DNA of 64,000 bases from Octopus vulgaris. Its lineage: Eukaryota. Within the stretch, counting starts at the first letter, position 1; each line of letters begins with the position of its first letter. The translations under genes were made by a program, and so were the position numbers. The notes under the pieces were generated by a model that made no database searches, was not told where the DNA came from, and saw only the letters and a list, made by a program, of their open reading frames with translations. The DNA lies in assembly GCA_951406725.2 (NCBI GenBank), contig OX597820.1, positions 37,820,001 through 37,884,000 on the forward strand, in the 5' to 3' direction. This document shows positions 36,280 to 50,356 of the stretch, piece by piece.

Positions 36280-37140
36280 GCGCGACTATCTGTGACAAAC
36301 TCAGACATTAGCTTTGCCGACATTAGCTTTGCCGACATTAGCTTTGCCGACATTAGCTTTGCCGACATTAGCTTTGCCGACATTAGCTTTGCCGACATTA
36401 GCTTTGCCAAGAGTAGAAAAAACAGTCTTTCGATGCTAATCGTTTACAGAAAGACCTAGATGCCATATATAAGTGGGCTGAGAAAACAACATGCAATTTA
36501 ATGTAGCAAAATTCTAACCCCGCCGCTATCAGACAGCGTGCGCTAACACGCTGCACCAAAGATGCTTTGGACCAAAATGAGCAGCAATCCCAGAGTCAAA
36601 TACAATGTGTGATCTGGGAATTGAAACGAGAAAAGATACCTGGTTTCATGTATATGTCACTAAGATGGTGGCAATGTGCAGGCGAATGGCTGAATGGATT
36701 CTGAGAACTTTCAAAACAAGGGACCAGGAAACTATGATGGATGTATAGACGACATTTGTCCTTAGTCGTCTGGACTACTGCTCTCAACTTTGGTCATCTC
36801 ACAGTGTCAAATTAATAGCGAAACTTGAGACAATCCAGCGATGTTACACCAGGAAGATTGCATCAGTGAAAAAGCTGAGCTACTTGGAGAGGCTGAAAGA
36901 GTTACGGCTCTGATCCCTGGAGCGAAGATGAGAGAGATATGTGGTGATATACATACGGAAGATCGGGAAGGGAGTTTTTCAAGAGACAACTTGATCCCCT
37001 GCACTTCAAGGTCTCAGATGAGCGTACATCACGGCAAGAAACTCAAAAGAGGGCAGCAATATCGAACTGTCTCCTTCACCAAAAGCCAATTACAAAAGAA
37101 CGACCAAGGAAAAAGTGATAATACTGGTGGTGCTCCCACA
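36280..37140 (+). mobile_element. CR1-like LINE RT C-terminal remnant
   Basis: SFAD-like motif, QKDLDAIYKWAE, WILRTFKTRDQE, LDYCSQLWS, LSYLERLKELRL*SLERR*ERY. Confidence 0.85.
36304..36408 (+). repeat. Perfect minisatellite, 7 x 15 bp (gacattagctttgcc)
   Basis: Read directly; no spacers. Confidence 0.97.
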
Positions 37141-37229
37141 TCGTCACAGTCTCTAGACTGAAACGCATAAAAGAATAGAAGTACACAAACACACACACAG
37201 AGAAACACACAGACACAAACATATATATA

Positions 37230-37808
37230 AAGACATCCTTCGTTCATGAATGACCATGGGATTACCCCTAGAAATTTCCCCTCCGAGGTACAAGTCTGGG
37301 CAAGGTTGTTTATTGAAGGCGAGCGAGCTGGCAGAAACGTTAGCACGCCAGGCGAAATGCTTAGCGGTATTTCGTCTGCTGTTACGTTCTGAATTCAAAT
37401 TCCGCCGATGTCGATTTTGCTTTCATCCTTTCGAGGTCGATAAATTAAGTACCAGTTACGCACTGAGATCGATGTAATCGACTTAATCCGTTTGTCTGTC
37501 CTTGTTTGTCCCCTCTATATTTAGCCCCTTGTAGGCAATAAAGAAATAAGGTTGTTTATTGAAGATCAGCAGTCGTCCATGCATATCAGCCTTCCCCCTC
37601 CATACTACCAATGTTATCAAAGGGAAGTACAAAGGCCGATACAGCTTGGCACCACTGACGCCTCAACTCATTTCTACAACTGAGTGAACTGGAGCTATGT
37701 GAAATAAAGTGTCTTGCTCAAGAACAAACACACAGATCGGTCTGGGAATCGAACTCACTACCTCATGATTGTTAACCCGACTTTCTAACTACCCAGCCAT
37801 GTGCCTTC
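37230..37808 (-). mobile_element. SINE family C-related copy interrupted by a family B SINE
   Basis: tRNA-like head on minus at 37740-37808 (gttcgattccc B box); body resumes across the TSD. Confidence 0.8.
37319..37547 (+). mobile_element. SINE family B with 17-bp TSD
   Basis: aaggttgtttattgaag at 37302-37318 and 37548-37564. Confidence 0.93.
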
Positions 37809-37914
37809 ACACACACAAACAAACACACACGCACACACGCACACACACACGCACACACACACACACGCACACACACATATGCGTGTGTGTGTGTGCGTAC
37901 GTGTCTGCCTGTGA

Positions 37915-37963
<49 letters not shown>

Positions 37964-38050
37964 AATGAGGGTGAAAAATTGATATTAATTTAATAATACC
38001 ATTAATTTAACACCGAGAGGCTTAGTGGTTAACTCTCTAATAATTTATAT

Positions 38051-38089
<39 letters not shown>

Positions 38090-38094
<5 letters not shown>

Positions 38095-40310
38095 TCTTAT
38101 AAGAACCCAACACATATTAAATACCTAGAAAACTTTGAAAACGATCTGAAACATTTAGTTAGAAGTGTAAAATTTGACCAAAAAATCCACGTTCCAACAC
38201 ACATACCGAACATTTCAAAGCATTAACAAACATGTTTATTAAAGTAAGCAAGACAAAAAAAGAACATTTATGAATTAAGTAACCAAATGCACAAGAAATT
38301 ACTAACAGGCAGCACAACTAAAACATACAAGAAAACAAACCCCACCACTTATATTTCAATTAATGTAGAAGCATAAAATTTAGCCACAAGTTTAAAATAG
38401 AAGTCAAACTAGAAAATCTTATCAAATGAAATCCTTTTATAACCCTGAAGGACTTCACGCAAAAACTTAGCCGTACATTAATATATCTCACAAAAAGCGA
38501 AATAGGACATATTAGTAATTCCATATTAGATAATATTATACAGCATATCAGAGCACACCCAAATCTTACTGAATGGATATGCAGTAGTGCAACTATTGAC
38601 TGGTTTAAGAAAATAGACGATAAACCCAAATGCAAATTTATACAAATCGATACCGTAAAGTTCTACCCCTCGATCTCCAAAAACTTGCTTCAGAAGGCAC
38701 TTGAATTTAGAAAGGCATACATTACTATAATAAATACTTATATAGACATAATTATGAACGCAAGGAAGTCATTACCCATTCATGATAATTCCTACTGGTT
38801 AAAAGAGAATGGAGACGTGACAATGAGGAGCTATGGTGATGCAGAGATAGCTGACCTTGTAGGCCTTTATATCCTAGATATACTTAAAAATGAAATAAAA
38901 GAAGCCAACATAAGTTTATATAGGGGCGATGGCCTGGGAGTAGTATGCAATAAAGACGAACATGAGGTGGATAGAATAAGGAAAAATTATGCCAAATCTT
39001 TAGCCAATTAGGCCCAAGAACCGCAATTCATACCCAACTTTAAGAAAGTCAACTCCCTAGATATTCACATGAACAGGAAAACCTAGCACAAACCAAACGA
39101 GGGAGCCTCGTACATAGACATAGGTTCCAACCTGCCACCAACAGTAATTAAACAAATGCTTAACAACAATTTATTCGTCGACAAAGACACTTTTGAAAAA
39201 GCGGCCTCAAACTATAATGCTGCAATAGAAAAGTTCAACTTTAAGAATAGCATATACTATATTGGACAAAATATAAATAGACCATGAAGACGTAGACAAA
39301 GAAAATATTATGGTTTAACCCACCTTAAAGCATCACTGTAGCTACTAATATAGCTAGGAAATTCTTAAAATCAATTGACAACTACTTTCCACATTCACAC
39401 AAGTACCACAAGATCTTCAACAGAAATAATGTTAAAATTAGCTATAGTTGCCTCCCCAATACAGGATCAATAATACTCGATCTCGATAAATATAAACATA
39501 CCGGAAACACCCCCGAAAGACAATGCAACCACTGCCCTCTAAACAACAACTGTCTTGAGAAAGAACTCGTATACAAGGCTAAGATCACGGACTCCAACAG
39601 AATAGCAAAAACGTATATCGGAAGGACGGGCAACTCCTTCAAGGAAAGGTATACACAACATTCAGAGACAAAAATAAAAGAATGCAACATCCCTGTCTAA
39701 TATGATATGGAGATTGAAAGAAGGTAGAATAATCAAGCCCAGATAGAATGAAAAATTATTGCTAAAGCCTAAAAATACAGTGTTGAATACCAAATGTGAA
39801 CTTTGTACTACTGGAAAACTAAACATTGTACAATCAACAGTTAACATCCTAAACATTAGGGATGAAACGTTTTCTTCCTGCATATACAAGCAATATTTTA
39901 CACTCGAATACTTCAAAGAAGAGTCACCATCTGCGACGGTAATCCCACCAGTATAGTCCATTTCCTGAATGTGAACTCTGAACATACTTATCACACAAAC
40001 TCCACACACAGAAGAAATATATCCTAATGACGAACTACCTCAGCATGCAAGTATAAGAACACTACACCCAGAACAAAAACAAAATAATGCAAACAAATTG
40101 GCCACACAACGATTCGCCTAAAAAACAAATCTAAGGGAGACGAACATTCAAAAGATGCCACCCAGGCGTAACATCCTTTGATTCATTGTTTTATTCATGA
40201 GAATTCACGAGAATTTCCGCGAACTAAACGAGGCTGTGTTTTCCAAATTGGAGGCTAACACCTTTCTTCATGTGATCGGCATGAAAAATTGTTGACATAC
40301 TAGGATATTT
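38090..40310 (+). mobile_element. Penelope-like element (RT + GIY-YIG), decayed; begins at (TA)n
   Basis: CKFIQIDTVKFYPSIS, DVTMRSYGDAEIADLVGLYIL, LYRGDGL, WFNPP, HKIFNRNNVKISYSCLPN, CPLNNNCL..LVYKA..TYIGRTGNSFKERY, CELC. Confidence 0.9.
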
Positions 40311-40413
40311 TCCTACTTTTTTAAATATGAATTCAATGATAGCCTTAATTCACACAAAAAAATTATATCCGCCATGTAGTGTTGAGCACTCATTTTCATC
40401 ATTTGACAGTTAC

Positions 40414-40451
<38 letters not shown>

Positions 40452-40606
40452 GCACACACATATACACCCATATGTATATACACACACAAATAGACACAAT
40501 GCAATTTGTGAATAACAATAGAACGACCATCGCTATTACCGGCACCGTTACCAATAACTCAACGTCCACTTCCATCACGATTAAACAAAAGATATTGAAA
40601 CTTATC

Positions 40607-40661
<55 letters not shown>

Positions 40662-41311
40662 TGTGAGCATGTGTGTGTGCGTGCGTTCGTGCGGGTATAT
40701 GTTTATGTCTTTCGCAAATGTATAGCGTTGAAGGATAGAAACATAGCCGAGGAAATAAAAAAGAAACAACAACACTGGTACTTTACGATCGACATCCCTT
40801 AGGTGTTTCTTCCTCATCTTATTGAAATGAAGTGAAACTACGTTCTTGTTCATCAGTTTTGATTTAAAATGTGATAAAATTCTTATTCCTGCCTCATTAA
40901 TCATACCACTATCCACTCTCCTGATCGCAAGATGCTCCACTTTTTAATAATGCATTTATGTAAACGATATAGTAAGGTATTGTTTTTCTGCGAAGGTATC
41001 CATAATTCATTACAAAATCTTTATGAATTATTGTTTTGGCATTCTAAAGAAAAATCAAATAGACACACACGTAAACCTATACACAAGTACATGTACACAC
41101 GTATCAAAGGTAAAAAAAAGAGCCTCTCTGGTTCCAGCGGTCACTGATCAATGGATAATAAATCTTTAAATCATTAACTCGGCCGCACCTCAAGCATCTG
41201 TGTGTGTACGTGCATGTGAGTGAGTATGTGTTTATGCGTGTATGTGTGTGTATATATATATATATTGATTGATTGATTCTAGTTTCAGCTCATGAGCTGT
41301 GGCCATGCTGG

Positions 41312-41486
<175 letters not shown>

Positions 41487-42568
41487 TGATATACATATGG
41501 ACGATCGTGGAGGAATTTTTTCAAGAGACAACTTGATCCCTATAAAATTATGTATGTAACAGATCGGTATGTTTATATGTCATATGTCATATTATATATA
41601 TATATATATATATACACACACATATATATATATGAATATATATATACATATATGTATATATATATATATATATATACATATATATACATATATACATATA
41701 CATACAGATATATGTATATATTTCCTAATAATAACCGAAGAATACACTATGCATACTTATATGTATGTGTGTATATATGTCTACACACACATACACGCAT
41801 TCATCGCGCGAACGCTCACACACACACATACACACACACACACATACACACAAGGGAGTATTTGTTTCTAGCGTAGGTAGAAAGCATGAAATTAGAAGGA
41901 AGGGGTTAGTCAATATATTCGATCGGTGTACTTCAGCGGTACTTTCGATGTGAAAAGAAGGATGAATAACAAAATTTGCTTCAGTGTGATTTGAACTTAG
42001 AGTAATGAGCCGGGAAATTACACAACACATTTTTTTCCGACAATCTATATTTTTATACACCAATATATTTTTTATATATTTATGAATATGCATACATAGA
42101 TATGTGTGTGTACAAATATATATATACTATGATTTTTTTGTACAGTAGGAAGAATCTTGCGGGAGGTTTATAGTTGCTCACATTGATTCCGGTGCTGAAC
42201 TGGTAATTATTTTATTCACCCCAAAAGGATAAAAGGCAAAGTCCGGCGTGCTAATGACATACGTACATAAATACATAAACACACTCATACACACTTATAT
42301 ATATATATTAAAGAATAATCGATATATACTCTACAAAAGTATTGAGTAATCCTTCAGTTCAATGTAAAATTGTTTTTATCATAACAACCATATATGTATG
42401 TATGTATGTATGCATGTGTGTATGCATGTATGTATATATGTATGTATGCATGTATGTATGTACGTAATATATTTTATAAACATACATATATTCATATATG
42501 TATATACATATGTTTATGTTATACATCGTATATATATATAATATAACATATATATGTATGTATATATG

Positions 42569-42618
<50 letters not shown>

Positions 42619-42657
42619 GTGTGAGAAATGGTGAAATTTAGTGTGTGTGAGAAAGAT

Positions 42658-42713
<56 letters not shown>

Positions 42714-43395
42714 GAGAGATAAGAGACGGTAGTAGGTATTAAAGATACATATAATACATATACATATATATATAAATAATGAGTCGGAGGAAAATGTGTG
42801 GGAGTGGGGACTTCAGCTGCAATGCTTCAATATCTGAAGGCCAGAATGTCTTAATCTTATTAATGCAACGCATTGAGAAATTATCAGGTACTTGCATGCT
42901 CTTTTCCATAATAGAACCGAATGATGGATTCTTTCTTTCTTTCATTCTTTTTTTCTTTCTTTCCCTTTTTCTTTCTTCCTTTGCTTCCTTTTTTCTTTCA
43001 TCCGTTCTCGTATCCATTCCTGTTATTCACGTACTCAGCATGAAGTTCCGTTCTCCGTTGAATTTCATGTTACAAATAAGTGACAGAAACCAGTTTGTGA
43101 TTTCGCTGAATCATTTCCTATAAAATACGCTTCCGAACAGCTTATATATATATATAAACAGAAAATAATGATATTGAGATTAAGTCAACTGTATGCAAGT
43201 GATAGATTTATAGTGCAATTACAGGTGGAGAGGAAAGAGCTGAGTTAACCTGTTAAAGTTCGCAGTTTAACCAAAGCCCTTACGAGGAATGGTAACGTAA
43301 TGTTTAAAGTTCAAGTTTTACGATTTGAAAGCCCGTACCTGAAAAGTTTTGATTGTGTGCCTCTGCTATCATTGTAAATGTTTGCTCATGGTTTA

Positions 43396-43731
43396 ACGGA
43401 ACAGCTTGCTCGTGGAATTAACGTGCAAGTGGCTGAGCATTCCACAGACACGTGTACCCTTAACGTAGTTCTCGAGGAGATTCAGCGTGACACAGAGTGT
43501 GACAAGGCTGGCCCTTTGAAATACAGGTACAACAGAAACAGGAAGAAAGAGTGAGAGAAAGTTGTGGTGAAAGAGTACAGCAGGGTTCACCACCAGCCCC
43601 TGCAGGAGCCTTGTGAAGCTTTAGGCGTTTTCGTTCAATAAACACTCACAATGCCCGGTCTGGGAATCGAAACCGCGATCCTACGACCGCGAGTCCGCTG
43701 CCCTAACCACTGGGCCATTGCGCCTCCACTG
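43396..43731 (-). mobile_element. SINE family C (tRNA-Arg-like head), young copy with 13-bp TSD
   Basis: Minus head ggcgcaatggcccagtggttagggcagcggactcgcgg...gtttcgattccc; TSD tgctcatggttta at 43383-43395 and 43732-43744. Confidence 0.92.
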
Positions 43732-43859
43732 TGCTCATGGTTTAGTCTAAAGGAAAGTAAAGGAATGGCAAAGTTGATATAGTTCGACTTTAGCAATTCT
43801 AAGTTGACAACTACTGGAAAAAAAGAAGGAAGCTGAAAGGGGGAACACCAGTGGGATGA

Positions 43860-44372
43860 TGCTCTTGTTAAAATCTTTAATGACGAAATTGATATTCTCC
43901 TCACTGCTAGACTTACTATGATAAGTGTCCGGAGTGAGTTATGCTCCCGCGTAGCTCAAGAAAGTGAGTTCGGTGTTACTATGGTCTCATCCCACTCTTC
44001 TCAGGTTACTGATCTTGTGGGTTTATACCTTTTATTCAAATTCCAGAAATTCATCCCACATATTGGTGGAGATTTGTAATGCGATGACGCTCTATTTAGT
44101 GTTGTTACTCATTCCTCGTCCCAAGAAAGTTTAAGTAAGAAATTACACAAGTTTTTCAGAAAAAATATTAATCTGACTTAATCTCGTTCGAAAGAGGAAT
44201 TACAACTGCTAATTTTCCAGACTTAATCTTAGATTTAACCTCACAAACATATGACCCTACCATAAGCCAAACCTACATTATGTTCACAGATCCTCTAATC
44301 ATCCACTGTCAATTAAGAACAGCATAGTTAAGAACATACCCATTAAGATCTCTTGTCTTTCTACCAACTAAA

Positions 44373-44380
<8 letters not shown>
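43860..44380 (+). mobile_element. Penelope-like RT fragment (same type as 38090-40310)
   Basis: IDILLTAR..FGVTMVS..QVTDLVGLYLL..GDL*CDDALF, YHKP, YVHRSSNHP. Confidence 0.8.
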
Positions 44381-44451
<71 letters not shown>

Positions 44452-45194
44452 TTTCCTGTCCGCCTTTGTATCGTCCATCCGTCCGAATGTTTTATTGTCC
44501 TCTATCGCGTTTTTGTTCCATTTTTATGTTTATATATACATATAGCGGCGTACATACACACTTGCGATCACCTTATAATAGGTATATATCTAAATTTTGT
44601 ACGACTCTTACTCTCTTTTAGTCACCCTCATACTTGCTTCCTCTTTTCTTTTTCTCGCTCCCCCTTTCTTTCTCACATTTCTTGACCATCTCTTTCCTTA
44701 ACTCCCACTTTTCCTCCTAGTTTATCTCCCCTATACCTTTCCCTTTGTCTCCGATTTTTTCTAATCCTTTTATCCCGCTGCCCCTACCCCTCTCTCCTCC
44801 TTCCAAGTGACGGTGTCCGGCAAGCCATGATCTTTCTTTCTTGGCCTGACTGACGATCGCCAGCATCCCTTATGTCCATCGCCTATGTTGCTGCCTTTAG
44901 GCTTTCACTTCATACACGCCAGCCCAATTTGATTCGTTCTCAGTCGTAAGACACATCTTTTCATATTCTTGCAGTGTGTTTTTGTAATTGTGTACCATGT
45001 TTTCCGTTTTGTGTCCTTGTTGCCGTGCACATTCGCTAGTTTTCTTACAAAAAGGTATAATACTCATAGCTTAGACTTTTTGTGGGGGAACCAAACCGAA
45101 CTGTCTCAAGTGTAACTTCCCGAAACAGTAAGGATCTCTGGTATACTTGACTGACGAAAGAAGGCCACGAATGACCCGTCTTTTTTTTTGCCTA

Positions 45195-45630
45195 TCCTTC
45201 TAATTTTTGTTTCTCCTGCCCGCCTTTGTTTCGTCTATACCTACATATAATTCTTCACAGTTTGGGCATTTAATGCAGTAACTTAAATTTCTGCTTTTGC
45301 AGTTCGTATTTGCGTTTGTGAATATTTTTCCGAATTTTGTGCTCATAAATTGGCCGGTATGTATGAATTGGCATGTGCCACATCGGCTGTCATTGCATTT
45401 AGATACAGTGAAGGATAGGTCTTTGTTGCTAAGGTGAAACTTTGCCTTTGTTAATACTTTTTTCAAGATTTTAGGCTGCCTTTTACTAAGAACCATAACT
45501 CGATCCGTGATTATATCTTTTAATTCATTACGTTGAGCAATGATTGGTAAGTTTGATTTGGCAATGTTGAAGATAATCTGGTGACATGGGTTGTGTATCA
45601 CTATAAATCCCACTGAATGATATCTTGGCC
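45195..45630 (-). mobile_element. Penelope-like linker and GIY-YIG N-terminal fragment
   Basis: ORF 45200-45613: RQPKILKKVLTKA, CNDSRCGTC, CKSRNLSYCIKCPNCEELYVG. Confidence 0.85.
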
Positions 45631-45649
45631 TGACGTCATGTTCTATAAC

Positions 45650-45845
45650 CTTGGATACGTACAGTTGGGTAGACGAAAACTATCGGTGAACTGTATATGA
45701 AATTCAAAACATACGCACCAATTCTACTTGAGAAATACGTTAAGGGTACCTAGGATTGTTCGGCCATCTGCACGTCAGTTCAGGAACAAGTAATTCCGTT
45801 GATCGAACGACTGAATCTCCATCGTTGAAAGACGGAGATCCACCA
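45650..45845 (+). mobile_element. Degenerate SINE family C tail
   Basis: gagaaatacgttaagggtac...tgcacgt...ttccgttgatcg matches the reverse complement of 43396-43480. Confidence 0.6.
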
Positions 45846-46767
45846 TCAAAACAGTCACATAACAGCAACGGAAATAAACACTTTACGCAAGTGTTCAAAA
45901 GCAAGGCTATTATAAGCTTGAGAGGAGTGAACTTCAAAAGTAATTAATTTCTTTGAAGATATTCTTTGCCACTCAGGATCTGACCACCAAAACAAGTTGA
46001 ACAAAGATCTGTAGGAGAAATATATTATGCATACCAACAAAAGGTTACTCATGAGTATGAATCTCATAAACTTGGTAAGGTGCCAATATTTACAGGAAGT
46101 GTAACTTCTCTCCGACTCATAACATCTACACTGTATCATATTTCAAAAATTAAAGAATTATAATCCAAGAACAAGAGATAACTGCAATGAACCTGTTGAA
46201 GTAGTCGATTATACTATATATTTGTGAAAGGCAATACATACGTAATCAGATCATCATCTGCTCTAAAATATACTGTGTATATTCGTGATTAAATCGCATT
46301 GGTAGTTAAATCACACCTCCGTGCTTTTTCTCATAACATTCTTGGCTTAATCCATGATTCGCATACAAGTCGCAGGCTGTATTTATCATTACTCTATGCT
46401 TGGCTTAAATTACTATCAAAATGCTTAACTAAACATCATATATTTCCTCGTAGTATAGACAACAATATGCAGGCAATACAGCGTGGTATCTGCTCTATTT
46501 CTGTATGGTACAATGGCAATGCATGCCAACAATAATTAACGAGTTTCCCCGTCCTGACCAAAATGGATTGAAAGTGCTTTTTGAGTTTTTGCTTTTTTTC
46601 GTTCGTTTTTTGCTTGTTTATTTTTTCGTTTTCTTCTTTTACCTACAGTAAATTTTAGGATTCAGAAATTATTTTGTTTTGATTATTAACTATACACATG
46701 AATGACGAAAGTGCGCTACTATTACAGTATGAAATTAAGTCGCAAATACAATATTTTATTGGTTACT

Positions 46768-46990
46768 AAGGCGGCGAGCTGGCAGAAACGTCAGCATGCC
46801 GGGCGAAATGCTTAGCGGTATTTCGTCTGTTTTTACTTTTTGAGTTCAAATTCCGCCGAGGTCGACTTTGCTTTTCATGCTTTTGGGGTCAATAAATTAA
46901 GTACCAGTTGCGTACTGGGTCAACTTGCCTCCCCCCACCAAAAAAAAAAAAAAAATGTCGGGCCTTGTGCCTTGAGTAGAAAAGAATATT
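46768..46990 (+). mobile_element. SINE family B
   Basis: ggcggcgagctggcagaaacg...gagttcaaattccgccgaggtcgac. Confidence 0.9.
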
Positions 46991-48059
46991 TTATAGATTA
47001 CTATTTCCAATGCATTATATATTTTATATTAAAATTTTGTATGATTCATATGCAAAGTTTTACATTGTATTTTTATGAGGAGAAGTACGACTGATAGAAG
47101 TGCATGTGTATTTCTATAATTATTACTTCGGCATGACGTTATTGCTAAGCAAATATTCGTCATTCATAGGAAGGCCTGCATTAAGACAAATGCTATTCAT
47201 GCGGCGTTCTTTTGGGCTCTTTTTGTTATTGGGTTGGTCCGGAGTCCAGAGAAAGAGCTTATGCTCCTTTGGTCTTCACAGGGCCTTCGAAATCGATGAG
47301 ATTTATACCGTTAATGCTTTTCTCGATCAGTATGTTGATGGCTTCTGACTAAAATGCGGAGAAGGAGAATTCTAGAAGTCTGAGGTTCTGGAGAGGAAGG
47401 GCTGGACGTAGTGACAAGGGTCGCACACAATAAGGGTAGATTGAAACAGTAAGGATAAAGTGAAAAAGACCAAGTGGTTCTGGAGTGGTGATGGCAACTC
47501 TGCTTGGTCCGAACATGAGAAACTTTTGTGGAAGTAGTAGAAAAGGCTGCAGCACGTCCAGGAGCCGGATATTAGATAAACACCTTCGTGCATGGTGGCC
47601 TTTTGTTATCCTACATGTGTTTCAGTACACCATTTTCTATTTTTTGTTGGTTCCAACTGAGATTTGTAGACGGTCAATTGTTATTTGCTAAATAATTCCC
47701 TGTTCCACAAAAGAAAGAAAGACCACATTTTAACATTTAATATTGAAACGTTCTCGTCAATATTCTCATCATATACAATAATAATAGACATGTGTGGGTA
47801 AGAAACCAAAATTTATGTATTTTGTAGCGGTGAGATACCAAGATTAGTTGAGCATTTCTTTCACTATGGGTAATAAAAGGGAAGATTTATCCACAACTGT
47901 TTTGGAACCAATAGCTTTTATACATAGACCATATATTTATATTTGTATCTATGACTTTTAGTGCCGTTTATTCATATAAAGTGTTTAAACTAGAGTTTTC
48001 AAGCAAATAGAGACACCCCCAAACTGGTATTCAACAAATTTAATACAAAATCAGAAATA

Positions 48060-48467
48060 GGCGTAGGAGTGGCTGTGTGGTAAGTAGCTTGCTTACCAGC
48101 CACATGGTTCCGGGTTCAGTCCCACTACGTGGCACCTTGTGCAAGTGTCATCTACTATAGCCTCGGGCCGACCAAAGCCTTGTGAGTGGATTTGGTAGAC
48201 GGAAACTGAAAGAAGCCCGTCGTATATATATGTGTGTGTGTGTACATGTTTGTGTGTCTGTGTTTGTCCCCCCAACATCGCTTGACAACCGATGCTGGTG
48301 TGTTTACGTCTCCATAACTTAGCGGTTCGGCAAAAGAGACCGATAGAATAAGTACTAGGCTTCTAAAGTATAAGTCCTGGGGTCGATTTGCTCGACTAAA
48401 GGCGGTGCTCCAGCATGGTCACAGTCAAATGACTGAAACAAGTGAAAGAGTAAAAGGTAAAGAGAGT
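48060..48467 (+). mobile_element. SINE family A, full length (tRNA head, CORE-like caccttgtgcaagtgtc, internal TA/TG microsatellite)
   Basis: A box tggctgtgtggtaag, B box ggttcagtccc; near-identical inverted copy at 62724-63121. Confidence 0.93.
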
Positions 48468-49037
48468 GTAACTATGTATGATCTTTCGTGTGAGAATGTG
48501 CGTATGTATATGTGAGTGAATAAATATACGTGTATGTGCAGTCTTAAATGTAAAAAATGTGATATAAAGCATTGCGAGTTTTTTTTTATGTCATCTACAA
48601 CACGTAGGTTTCAAGTAATGTGTCAATGGAATGTCAACACTTCATTCATTCCCAATTCTCGTGCCATTAACCTTTACTGACGTATGTAACTTCCAACTTC
48701 ATCTCATTCATAGATTACTTTTACTTTATTTAGACATTTTAATACAGAAATCTTCTGTGACATGGAATCGCCGGTTATGGTTATAGAAGCGGTTGTACTG
48801 TTTTTTTTTACCATCGAAGAAATGCATCACAAATTGCAACATGGATGTCAATAGGAAAATAGGTTTTAGATTATGGATGTCCCCTCATTACGGTAAAGAC
48901 ATCAAGTGAGCAAATATTCTTAAAATGAGGGATTACTGTATCTTTAATTTAACGCACAGTTTAATATCATTCCATCTAATTCGACATTGTAACAAACTAT
49001 GACAGCAAATTAACCTTACTTGATGATATTAAGATAG

Positions 49038-49271
49038 TAAGGCGGCGAGGTGGCAGAAACGTTAGCACGCCGGGTGAAATGCGTAGCCGTATTTCGTCTG
49101 CCGTTACGTTCTGAGTTCAAATTCCGCCGAGGTCGACTTTGCCTTTCATCCTTTCGGGGTCGATAAATTAAGTACCAGTTATGCACTGGGGTCGATATAA
49201 TCGATTTAATCCGTTTGTCTGTCCTTGTTTGTCTTCTCTGTGTTTATCTCCTTGTGAGTAGTAAAGAAATA
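49038..49271 (+). mobile_element. SINE family B with 13-bp TSD
   Basis: gatattaagatag at 49025-49037 and 49272-49284. Confidence 0.93.
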
Positions 49272-50304
49272 GATATTAAGATAGGTATCGTCTGCTCTCC
49301 AGTTCAAGTTCTTGATTACCATATTCTACGATTTTTCTCTTAACCACTCTTTATTCCGATTAATTCCCAGTAAATTAATTAATTAAGCAATATTCCTACA
49401 ATAACTACTGTTTCTCCAATTTGGTATAACTGCATACGTTATGATTGCAATTCTTAATTACTGTAACCAAAGTTGATAATTCATAAAAACGCTTTATCGT
49501 CATATTTTTTCTAGTTGTCTATTGGTTCAAAGTTTAAGCACTCGAAATAATATGTACACAGGTAAATTTAGAAACAATTTTATGTGAATTATAGCCCTAA
49601 TGTTTCGAATTGAAATCGTCTAACTTTCTAAATTCATATAAAAACTGATTTGTGTCTTGTGGATGGTTATTTAAATAAGACCCTAGTTTCAAAATTTAAC
49701 TTTTTTCTTAAATTTAATTCCATATCTTACCTATACATCATCGATATTTTTTCTAAGTATGGTATCTAACTATTCCACTTTCAATATTTACTCTACCGCT
49801 TGCCAAATCTCTCTCAGCCTCTCAACCCTATTTCTCCGCCTTTCATTTCTCCCTACTTTCCTTCATTTTGGCAAATAAAATTTTTTTCCGATAAAAGAAA
49901 TAAGGAAATCTAAGAGGAATGAAACAGATCTGCCAATTTCTACGTAAATAAAATAATTAGTTACCATTTACTGTGTTGAAAGTATTGAATTGGTGAAGCA
50001 CATCCTACTACATACATACATACATACATACATACATACTTACATACATACGTACATACATACATACATACATACATACATACATACATACATACATACA
50101 TACATACATACATACATGCATACATAATACACGTATGCTATCTATGTGAATATGTATGTATTCGCACGAAATTATGAAGATTTTTGGTCGATAACTGATG
50201 AGGGTTGAGCATGTCCATGTTCTGTGTGATTTTTTTCCGTGTTTTCCTTTGTGGTCCTTCTGTGTTATTTTTACTCTTCCCCTCCCCCACTCTCTCTCTC
50301 TCAC

Positions 50305-50356
<52 letters not shown>

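Noticed and set aside
36304-36408. Possible CRISPR array
   Set aside because: Head-to-tail units with no spacers, no cas genes, and a eukaryotic context.
43655-43728. tRNA-Arg gene (also tRNA-like heads at 48060, 30532 and ~36520-36565)
   Set aside because: A/B boxes are present, but the heads continue into SINE bodies (with a TSD at 43.4 kb) and I cannot build a full cloverleaf with a paired acceptor stem.
45756-45947. Candidate host exon
   Set aside because: The first half matches the tail of SINE family C.
47150-47650. Possible L1/Tx1 3' end
   Set aside because: Only a vague resemblance; no diagnostic motif recovered.
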